Assembly (NCBI GenBank): GCA_021735045.1 | Contig: JAIPHU010000003.1 | Span: 30,001 to 62,000, forward strand | Reading direction: 5' to 3' | Source: Candidatus Omnitrophota bacterium | GTDB taxonomy: Bacteria > Omnitrophota > Gorgyraeia > Duberdicusellales > 4484-171 | Length of the DNA stretch: 32,000 bases | Shown here: piece after piece, positions 9,308-16,248 of the stretch | How positions within the stretch are numbered: position 1 is the first letter of the stretch | How the letters are laid out: each line of letters opens with the position of its first letter | Position numbers and translations under genes: made by a program | The notes under the pieces: model-generated | What the model was told of the DNA's origin: nothing | Seen by the model: only the letters and a program-made list of their open reading frames with translations | Databases searched by the model: none

Positions 9308-10126
9308 TTAGTATATTTCTTTTAGATTAAATACTGGCCCGTCCTGACACACTTTTTTATACCCCGTCTTAGTAGGAATAACACAGGCAGAGCAAACACC
9401 TAAACCACAACCCATAAACTGTTCAAAAGAAAGTTGAGTATTTATATTTTTATAATTTTTTAAAATTTTATTTATTTGGTCAAACATATCTTTAGGGCCG
9501 CAAGCATAAATATTAGCCCGAAGCCCAAAGTCCGAAGTCCGAAGTCTTTTTTTTAGTAAGTCAGTTACAAAACCCTTATATCCTTTTGAGCCATCCTCAC
9601 TAGCAATTTTTACCTGAAAACCTAATTTTTTAAATTCTTCCTCACACACTAATTCTTTCTTATCTTTTGCCCCCATTAATATTATATTATCTGGCGTTGA
9701 ACGTTGCCCGCCTGCCGGCGAGGCAGGGACTTTAGACATTGGACGTTTTGCCAACTTCTGTGCCAAAAACAGTAAAGGAGCAACCCCAATTCCACCCGCA
9801 ACCAAAATTGAATTTTCTCTTCTTTTTACCTTAAACCCATTTCCTAACGGCCCAATAAGATCTAGCTGATCGTTTTTTTTCTTTTCAGCTAAAGCTTTTG
9901 TTCCCCTACCTCTTTGCTTAAACAAGATATATATTAGATCATCTTTTACTCTGTGGATGCTTAAAGGCCTGCGTAGGATTGTTGTATTTACTTTTAGATG
10001 AAGAAAGTTACCCGGTTTAGCAGTTTGAGCAATATAAGCAGATCTGAAACTGAGTAAAAAAATATCATTTCTTACTTTCTTAACTTGGTCTATCTTTACA
10101 GTTAATTGTTTTGCTTCTTTTTTCAT
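9308..10126 (-). CDS. pyrK: Dihydroorotate dehydrogenase electron-transfer subunit (FAD and 2Fe-2S)
   Basis: 272-aa ORF with RPLSI (FAD), GGIGVAPL (NAD) and a C-terminal Cys cluster, CGLGVCSACV. Confidence 0.88.
   Translation of the reverse strand: MKKEAKQLTVKIDQVKKVRNDIFLLSFRSAYIAQTAKPGNFLHLKVNTTILRRPLSIHRVKDDLIYILFKQRGRGTKALAEKKKNDQLDLIGPLGNGFKVKRRENSILVAGGIGVAPLLFLAQKLAKRPMSKVPASPAGGQRSTPDNIILMGAKDKKELVCEEEFKKLGFQVKIASEDGSKGYKGFVTDLLKKRLRTSDFGLRANIYACGPKDMFDQINKILKNYKNINTQLSFEQFMGCGLGVCSACVIPTKTGYKKVCQDGPVFNLKEIY
9692..9752. repeat. GC-rich hairpin-bearing segment inside pyrK, a candidate in-frame insertion
   Basis: A local GC spike in an AT-rich gene. The hairpin is CCTGCC-GGCGA-GGCAGG. 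It is flanked by direct repeats ACGTTGCC (9701-9708) and ACGTTTTGCC (9743-9752). It encodes PMSKVPASPAGGQR. Confidence 0.6.
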
Positions 10127-10213
10127 TGCCTTATTTTATCAGAAATCAATAGTTTCTCAATTTCTTCTTGCCCCGCCTTGCAGACGTCCTATATTTGCCT
10201 ATTTGGGTACACC

Positions 10214-12013
10214 CTACAAGATATCTATAAACTTAGCTTCAAGTAGCCCTCGAACTGAATTGCCCAAATAAATTTTATCTGCTTTTTTTAAATCTCTTAA
10301 ATAGAGTTTTTTGGCTTTGGCTTTCTTGCTTTGCAATAGATGCTGCCGGAAAACTCCTGGCAAAAGCCCCGAAGATAGTATTGGGGTGTATAAGTTGCCT
10401 TTTTTTGCCAGAAAAATATTTGTAATTGTTCCTTCGGTTAATTCATTTTTTTGATTGAGAAAGATTGTTTCAAAAAACCCTTCTTTTTGAGCTTTTTTTC
10501 TGGCTTGATTGTAAAAATCTCTCTTTGTTGTTTTATGGTAAAGATAAATGCTAGACGAATCTATTCTTTTTTTATGAATTTTAACTTTAACCGGTGATTT
10601 AATTTTTTGTACCTTTTTTGCAGAAACCATTATTTGTCCTGATTGATCAAGCAAAAGCCTTAGTTTGGTATCCTGGTTTCTTTTGGTTACTTCTTCTTTT
10701 AACTTTTTTTTTATTTTTTTTGGATAAAAAGAAAAAGAAAAAAATTGACAGGATTCTTTAAGCCGTCTTAAGTGTAGCTCCAGCAACCAAAACCCCTGGT
10801 CCTTAGACCAGAGTATTGTCTCGATCAATTGAGGTGGCTTTTGTAATTTTGTAAAAAAGTCTGCCTTCAGTAACGCTTCTTTATATTCAGCTTCTTTGTT
10901 TGAATCATAAAGAATACCTCCTCCTACCCCCAGCTGCCCTTTTTCTTTTTTAATTTCTAATGTTCTTATCGCAACATTAAAACAAGCATTTCTTTTTGGA
11001 GAAATATAGCCTATAGCTCCAGTATATATTCTTCGTGGTTCTTTTTCTAAATCTCTTATTATTTCCATTGTTTTTATCTTTGGCGCCCCAGTTACTGACC
11101 CACAGGGAAAAAGAGCCGAAAATATCTCCTTTATTTTTTTTCTTTTTTTTAGTTTAGCTTCAATGGTGGAGGTCATTTGATAAAGAGTACGGTATTTTTC
11201 AATATCAAAGAGCCTCGGTACTTCCACTTTTTCAGAAATTCTCCCTAAATCATTGCGCAGAAGATCTGTGATCATCAGGTTTTCTGCTTTAATCTTTCTG
11301 CTTTTAGCAAATTGACGTACTTTATTTTTGTCTTTGGGAATACTTTTACCTCGAGAAAGAGTTCCTTTCATCGGCCTGGTTATAACTTTATTTTTCTTTA
11401 TTCTAATAAATAATTCTGGGGAAAAAGAAAGAAATGTATTTGTATCGTCTGGCTTAATCAAAGCTGCATAAGAAGTCGGCTGGCTGATCCGCAAATGATT
11501 ATAAAGATTTAAGGGATTTCCTTTGAAATCAAAATTAATCTTAAAGGTAAAATTAGTTTGATAGCTAAAACCTTCTTTTAAAAAATATTTAATTTTTTTA
11601 ATTTTATTTTTATACTCTTGTTTGGTAATATTTGGCTTTACATTTTTTATTAAAAAATCTTCTCTATATTGATTCTGATCATTTTTTATCTTAATTTCTT
11701 GAGGGGCTTTTGTTACTAGTAACCAGACAAGAGGCGTGTCTTTTTTATCTTGTAGGCTTTTTAGGCTATCTTCTAGAAAGTAACCAAACTCATAACAAAA
11801 ATACCCCGTTAGCCAAAATCCTTTTTTTAGCCGATTGTCTATTTTTTTAAAAAAAGAGTCTACCGAATCTTTGGGCCTAAAAATTAATGTTTCAACTACA
11901 TCCGAAAAAAGAAAAGATTTTTTATTTTCTCCATCCTTTCGGATTGTATCTAAAAGTAGGTAGGGAGGTTTTAACCGCAACAATTTTTTCTGAGTTAATA
12001 AAGAAATAGCCAT
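10214..12013 (-). CDS. pabBC: Fused aminodeoxychorismate synthase component I / aminodeoxychorismate lyase (PabB-PabC)
   Basis: 599-aa ORF. The N-terminal roughly 390 aa carry chorismate-utilising enzyme motifs (SPELF, RPMKGT, ENLMITDLLRNDL, FPCGSVTGAPK, IYTGAIGY, GVGGGI). The C-terminal roughly 200 aa are class-IV aminotransferase-like. Confidence 0.8.
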   Translation of the reverse strand: MAISLLTQKKLLRLKPPYLLLDTIRKDGENKKSFLFSDVVETLIFRPKDSVDSFFKKIDNRLKKGFWLTGYFCYEFGYFLEDSLKSLQDKKDTPLVWLLVTKAPQEIKIKNDQNQYREDFLIKNVKPNITKQEYKNKIKKIKYFLKEGFSYQTNFTFKINFDFKGNPLNLYNHLRISQPTSYAALIKPDDTNTFLSFSPELFIRIKKNKVITRPMKGTLSRGKSIPKDKNKVRQFAKSRKIKAENLMITDLLRNDLGRISEKVEVPRLFDIEKYRTLYQMTSTIEAKLKKRKKIKEIFSALFPCGSVTGAPKIKTMEIIRDLEKEPRRIYTGAIGYISPKRNACFNVAIRTLEIKKEKGQLGVGGGILYDSNKEAEYKEALLKADFFTKLQKPPQLIETILWSKDQGFWLLELHLRRLKESCQFFSFSFYPKKIKKKLKEEVTKRNQDTKLRLLLDQSGQIMVSAKKVQKIKSPVKVKIHKKRIDSSSIYLYHKTTKRDFYNQARKKAQKEGFFETIFLNQKNELTEGTITNIFLAKKGNLYTPILSSGLLPGVFRQHLLQSKKAKAKKLYLRDLKKADKIYLGNSVRGLLEAKFIDIL

Positions 12014-12814
12014 TTATTTTTGACAGCGGGGACAAAAGCAGGTTCCTCTCCCGGCTACAACCACCTTTTTAAGAAAAGTTTTACAAACTGGACAAGGTTC
12101 ATTCTTTTTCCCATAAACTTTCAGCCTTTTTTCCATTCCCCCGGCTTCTCCGCTTAAATCACGATAAGAATCAACCGATGATCCCCTGTATTTTACAGCT
12201 TCGGTTAAAACCGCTTTTAAATTTTGGTAAAGCTTTTTGATTTCTGAGCCAGATAAACTGTTTGCTCTGCGGCGCGGGTCAATTTTTGCCAAAAACAGAG
12301 CTTCTTGAGCATAGATATTTCCAACTCCGGCAATAAAATTTTGATTCATGATTAAAGCCTTGATATTTCCTTTTTTAGGCTCCACCATCTGTCTAAATTG
12401 CTCAGCGGTTAACTGAAAAATTTCTGGGCCCAATTTTTTTAAAAAATCTAAATCTTTGTAATTTTTTCGCAATCGCAGGTGCCCAAGCAAGCGTGAATCC
12501 ATGTAATTAAGTGCTTTGCCATTGGAGAAATTGAAAATTACTCTAGCCCGTTCTTGGCTTTCTCCATAATGAAGCCAGCCGGTCATTCTTAAATGAATTA
12601 CTAAAAATTTTTCTTTTTTTAATTTAAGAATCAAAAGCTTGCCCCGCCTGATCACCTTTTCAACTTCTTGACCAATAATTTCTTTTTTAAATTGGGGCCA
12701 GGATGGTTCTTTTATCACTTCAACTCTGTTAATTTTTACTGCAGTAATTTCTTCCCCGAGAACATTTTCGGCTAATTCTCTTTTGATTGTCTCGACTTCT
12801 GGTAATTCTGGCAT
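12014..12814 (-). CDS. mutM: Formamidopyrimidine-DNA glycosylase
   Basis: 266-aa ORF with N-terminal MPELPEVE, an H2TH region, and a C-terminal zinc finger, CPVC...CPRC. Confidence 0.93.
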   Translation of the reverse strand: MPELPEVETIKRELAENVLGEEITAVKINRVEVIKEPSWPQFKKEIIGQEVEKVIRRGKLLILKLKKEKFLVIHLRMTGWLHYGESQERARVIFNFSNGKALNYMDSRLLGHLRLRKNYKDLDFLKKLGPEIFQLTAEQFRQMVEPKKGNIKALIMNQNFIAGVGNIYAQEALFLAKIDPRRRANSLSGSEIKKLYQNLKAVLTEAVKYRGSSVDSYRDLSGEAGGMEKRLKVYGKKNEPCPVCKTFLKKVVVAGRGTCFCPRCQK

Positions 12815-12947
12815 AGCTTTTTATCCTTTATTTTATTCTTTGTATCAAATTATTTTCTTTTTTATATAGATAACGTCGGATCCAATATTATTATTGATTA
12901 AGTTTTGCTTCGCAAAAATTGGATGCGACTTCTGGTAATTCTGGCAT
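12793..12947. repeat. Exact 22-bp direct repeat (12793-12814 and 12926-12947) bracketing a 111-bp hairpin-bearing segment
   Basis: CGACTTCTGGTAATTCTGGCAT occurs twice. On the minus strand it equals the first 22 nt of mutM. The insert contains GTCGGATCCAAT (12875-12886) / ATTGGATGCGAC (12918-12929), enclosing TTTTGC-TTC-GCAAAA (12903-12917). Confidence 0.95.
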
Positions 12948-12975
12948 TATACTCTCCAGGTTAACTCAATTTATT

Positions 12976-13059
12976 ATCAACGAATATACGAATCAATTAC
13001 GAATTTACAAATAGAAATAAATATTCGTATATTCGTAGGAGATTGGTAAATTCGTTGAT
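12976..13059. repeat. Compound palindrome built from six ACGAAT/ATTCGT hexamers
   Basis: ATCAACGAATATACGAAT (12976-12993) pairs with ATTCGTATATTCGT (13023-13036) plus ATTCGTTGAT (13050-13059). A further ACGAAT lies at about 13000. The array sits between the yjbQ stop and the mutM leader. Confidence 0.85.
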
Positions 13060-13070
13060 TAATTCTTCTC

Positions 13071-13463
13071 CTAATTAATTATCTTCAGATAGACTTTCCT
13101 GTCCCGCGGGCCATCAAACTCACAGAAATATATTCCCTGCCAAGTTCCTAAAACAATCTCATTGTTTTCTATAATCAACTCTAGGGTAGGCCCCAAAAGT
13201 GAGCTTTTTATATGAGAATCAGAGTTGCCTTCTGCATGCCGATAACCTTTATCGGCAGGAACAAGCTGATTTAGATAATTTATGATATCCTCACAAACTG
13301 CCGGGTCCGCATTTTCATTTATAGTTAAAGCCGCAGTAGTATGAGCACAAGACAAAAGACAGATTCCTTTCTTTATCTGAGATTTTTTTATTATCTGTTT
13401 TGTTTCTGAACTGATATCAATAAGTTCATTCCTTTTTTTTGAACTAATATTTATTGTTTCCAT
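13071..13463 (-). CDS. yjbQ: YjbQ/UPF0047 family protein (secondary thiamine-phosphate synthase-like)
   Basis: 130-aa ORF with HTTAALTINENADP, HAEGNSDSHIKSSLLG and LGTWQGIYFCEFDGPR motifs. Confidence 0.85.
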   Translation of the reverse strand: METINISSKKRNELIDISSETKQIIKKSQIKKGICLLSCAHTTAALTINENADPAVCEDIINYLNQLVPADKGYRHAEGNSDSHIKSSLLGPTLELIIENNEIVLGTWQGIYFCEFDGPRDRKVYLKIIN

Positions 13464-13483
13464 AAAAAACCCCCTTGGTATAT

Positions 13484-13720
13484 CTAGTTAAAAAAGATAA
13501 AATAACTCAACAAAACTATAATTAATATAAAAACCGTCCAATAGACCCAACTGGATCTTTTCCCAAAATCTACCGGCTTGCCACAGTAGTAACAGTTGAT
13601 AGCATCTTTTGGGATTGGTTTATGGCAGTAGGGACACTCTACTAGTTGATTGTAATCTAGGCCCTCTTTTTGTTCAGTTATTTGTTTATAGTCAAAAAAA
13701 TCTTCCGGCATCTTTATCAA
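13484..13720 (-). CDS. Small zinc-ribbon protein with a C-terminal TM helix (hypothetical)
   Basis: 78-aa ORF with CPYC...CYYC and a hydrophobic tail, WVYWTVFILIIVLLSYFIFF. Confidence 0.5.
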   Translation of the reverse strand: MIKMPEDFFDYKQITEQKEGLDYNQLVECPYCHKPIPKDAINCYYCGKPVDFGKRSSWVYWTVFILIIVLLSYFIFFN

Positions 13721-13737
13721 TCAGCTTAGTTTATTTT

Positions 13738-14250
13738 TTAGGTTAAATGCTTATGGATACCCTTGTATTCTGTGGTTTTTTCTACTCTAAAAAATACAAG
13801 TTGAGCTATGCGCGCATTTTCTTTTATCTTAACCCCAGCTGGATTTTGCACAGATAAAAGAAACTCCCCCTTACCTGAAAAACCTGCATCCCAGACCCCA
13901 TGAGAACTAAAGCACCCCATGCGCAAAATAGAGGTACGGCTAAAAGCCAATGCCGTTAAATTATTAGGTAAATTTATTATCTCGTTAGTTTTAATTTTAT
14001 AAGAACCCGGAACAAGGCTCCACCAACCATATTTATCTTCTGGATTTTTTTTCTCAAGAACAACTTCCTCTCCTTCCGGAATTATTCTTTCATCATTAGA
14101 AAAATCCAATGACCCAGCCTTTAGGAAAGTTGACAATTTAGCTACAGTTAAATCAACTCCGTTTGGAGTAAGCTGTTTTTCTAGGTTTATATAGTTTTCG
14201 ATTAGATCTTTTCCTTCAATTAAATCTCTGATTTCTTTTTTGTTTAACAT
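13738..14250 (-). CDS. dCTP deaminase / dUTPase family protein
   Basis: 170-aa ORF with LTPNGVDLTV, SRTSILRMG, GVWDAGFSGKG and ARIAQLVF. These match the Dcd/archaeal-type Dut fold. I cannot tell deaminase from dUTPase. Confidence 0.75.
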   Translation of the reverse strand: MLNKKEIRDLIEGKDLIENYINLEKQLTPNGVDLTVAKLSTFLKAGSLDFSNDERIIPEGEEVVLEKKNPEDKYGWWSLVPGSYKIKTNEIINLPNNLTALAFSRTSILRMGCFSSHGVWDAGFSGKGEFLLSVQNPAGVKIKENARIAQLVFFRVEKTTEYKGIHKHLT

Positions 14251-14686
14251 GATATTTTATCTCCTCTATTGCATCTTTAGGTGTTTCTTTTTTTATTATT
14301 CCTTCTATATCCCAGCTATCTATTCCTACCACAATTTTACCTTCCGATAAAGCAAAGCCTATTTCTGAAAGAGTACCATATTTCCCATCAACTGCTACTA
14401 TATAATCTGCCGACCTAACTACCAAGGTATTACGCACAAAGCCAAGGCCCGTAGGTATTTTAATATCTAGATAATTGTTTGCTTCTTTGCCGTCATAAGA
14501 AGGCAAAAGCCCCACAGTAACTCCTCCTGACTGTTTTGCCCCACAACAAGCTGCTTCCATAACCCCTGGGCCTCCACCACAAACTAGAACCCAGTTTTCT
14601 TGAGCAATAAGCTCCCCAACAACTTTTGCTGTTTTGTAAGCTTTTTCTGAACACTTTGAACCACCGATTACTGCTATATTTAACAT
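14216..14686 (-). CDS. LOG/TIGR00725 family Rossmann-fold nucleotide-binding protein
   Basis: 156-aa ORF with IAVIGGS, GGGPGVMEAACCGA and RNTLVVRSADYIVAVDGKYGTLSEI. Its 3' end overlaps the next gene by 35 nt. Confidence 0.75.
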   Translation of the reverse strand: MLNIAVIGGSKCSEKAYKTAKVVGELIAQENWVLVCGGGPGVMEAACCGAKQSGGVTVGLLPSYDGKEANNYLDIKIPTGLGFVRNTLVVRSADYIVAVDGKYGTLSEIGFALSEGKIVVGIDSWDIEGIIKKETPKDAIEEIKYHVKQKRNQRFN

Positions 14687-14816
14687 GAGTTTTAACTTTT
14701 ATCCTTTATCCTTTATCCTTGATAGTGTCCCTGGCAGCCCCGACGCTCGCACTCCGTGTTCGGTCGGGAGATTCGGCCTACATTTCTGGCTCCATCCTCC
14801 CCTTTTTACATTTATC

Positions 14817-14888
14817 TACCCCTTAGGAGAGTCGAACTCCTATCTCAGGCTCCGGAGGCCTGCGCTTTATCCATTAAGCTAAAGGGGC
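14817..14888 (-). tRNA. tRNA-Arg (anticodon CCG)
   Basis: Hand-folded 72-nt cloverleaf: GCCCCTT TA GCTT AATGGATA AAGC G CAGGC CTCCGGA GCCTG AGAT AGGAG TTCGACT CTCCT AAGGGGT A. Position 1:72 is a G-U pair. No CCA is encoded. Confidence 0.85.
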
Positions 14889-14890
14889 AA

Positions 14891-14913
14891 GATATCCATT
14901 GAGCTACAGGGAC
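14891..14913 (-). pseudogene. tRNA 5'-half-like fragment (acceptor strand plus D-arm start), truncated
   Basis: GTCCCTG TA GCTC AATGGATA TC lies 2 nt upstream of tRNA-Arg. It matches 18 of 21 nt of the tRNA-Arg 5' end. No anticodon or T arm follows. Confidence 0.5.
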
Positions 14914-14979
14914 TAAGTTGAAATAAACTTAGCAACTACTAAATCTTACCGCAATTAGGGTATTTTGTAAATTTATCTG

Positions 14980-16248
14980 CTAAAATTGTTTTCCTTTATG
15001 AAAAACTTTTTCGATTTTTCCTTGCAGTTTTCGGCCGAGAAAACAAGAATTTTTGGATTTAGAATAAAAGTTTTCTTTAGAGACTACCCACTCTTTATCC
15101 GGATTAAAAATAATTAAATCTGCATCGGCTCCAACTTTAATTGATTTTTTCTTTATTTCTAAAATTTCAGCAGGGTTGGTTATAAACTTATCTAGCAAAC
15201 TCTGCCAGCTTAAAAATTTCTTTTTAATAAGTTCTGTAAATGCCACCGAAAGCTCTGTTTCCAGCCCAATTGTCCCGAACTCAGCTCTTTGAAATTCAAT
15301 ATCTTTTTCATTCTCTGTATGAGGAGCATGATCAGAAGCAATTACATCAATTACGCCATCAGCTAAAGCTTGTTTGATTGCTAAAATATCCTCTTGGTTG
15401 CGTAAGGGTGGATTGATTTTTTTGTTGGTATCAAAACTCCAAAGATCTTTTTCCGATAATGAAAAATAGTGGGGAGCAGTTTCTGCGGTAACCTGAACTC
15501 CTTTCTTTTTAGCTTTCGCAATAATCTCTATGGATTCCTTACAGCTTACGTGAGCAATGTGTATTTTTGCATCAGCTTTTTTTGCTAACTTTATGTCTCT
15601 AGCTACTCTCATAAACTCGGCTGACTTTGGTATTCCCCGCAAACCAAGACAAGTCGAACTAAAGCCTAGATTGAGCACTCCTCTTTTTGATAAAGTTTTA
15701 TCCTCGCTGTGGCAGATTACAGTAATATTGTTTTTCTTAGCTTGCTTTAAAGCTTCTAGCATCAGTTGGCTATTATCCACTGAATCACCATCATCGGTTA
15801 TAGCTTTTATCCCTTCTTTAGCTAATCTTTCTATATCACCAAGCTCTTTGCCTTTTCTGCCTTTGGTTATGGCTGCAGAAAGAAAAACATCAACAAAAGC
15901 TTCTTGTTTAATCTTTCTTTTTAGGTATTTTACTGTTTCTCTGGAATCTATCGCTGGTTCTGTATTTGGCATAGCTAAAACCGAACCTATTCCGCCGGCT
16001 AAAGCAGCTCTGGTACCAGTTTTAATCTCTTCTTTATCTTCCCTGCCTGGTTCACGTAAGTGAACATGCATATCTATAAGCATCGGCAATACTATCTTTC
16101 CTGCCGCATCTATAATTTTATCAATCCCTTCTGGATTAATAGCTGTTGCGATATCAATTATCTTGCCCGCCTCGATTAAAATATCTTCTTTCCTAGATCG
16201 GCCGGTACCGGCCCTAACTACTTTTGCATTTTTAATCAAAGTTTTCAT
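14980..16248 (-). CDS. pyrC: Dihydroorotase
   Basis: 422-aa ORF with DMHVHLREPG and ASDHAPH metal-binding motifs. It overlaps pyrB (ATGA-type, 4 nt). Confidence 0.92.
   Translation of the reverse strand: MKTLIKNAKVVRAGTGRSRKEDILIEAGKIIDIATAINPEGIDKIIDAAGKIVLPMLIDMHVHLREPGREDKEEIKTGTRAALAGGIGSVLAMPNTEPAIDSRETVKYLKRKIKQEAFVDVFLSAAITKGRKGKELGDIERLAKEGIKAITDDGDSVDNSQLMLEALKQAKKNNITVICHSEDKTLSKRGVLNLGFSSTCLGLRGIPKSAEFMRVARDIKLAKKADAKIHIAHVSCKESIEIIAKAKKKGVQVTAETAPHYFSLSEKDLWSFDTNKKINPPLRNQEDILAIKQALADGVIDVIASDHAPHTENEKDIEFQRAEFGTIGLETELSVAFTELIKKKFLSWQSLLDKFITNPAEILEIKKKSIKVGADADLIIFNPDKEWVVSKENFYSKSKNSCFLGRKLQGKIEKVFHKGKQF

Noticed and set aside
13738-14686. LOG-like plus dCTP-deaminase-family pair as an anti-phage nucleotide-depletion system
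   Set aside because: Both proteins are minimal single-domain housekeeping-size versions. Neither has a kinase, sensor or effector fusion. They are embedded among core genes on the same strand, with no mobile-element or island signatures.
14727-14816. Assigning the GC-rich spacer to SRP RNA, tmRNA, RNase P RNA or a known riboswitch (fluoride, ZTP, guanidine, preQ1)
   Set aside because: From memory I checked the SRP helix-8 GGAA/AGCAGC motif, the tmRNA ends, the RNase P GAGGAAAGUCC motif and the conserved riboswitch cores. None is present. The spacer is left unassigned and reported as a finding.
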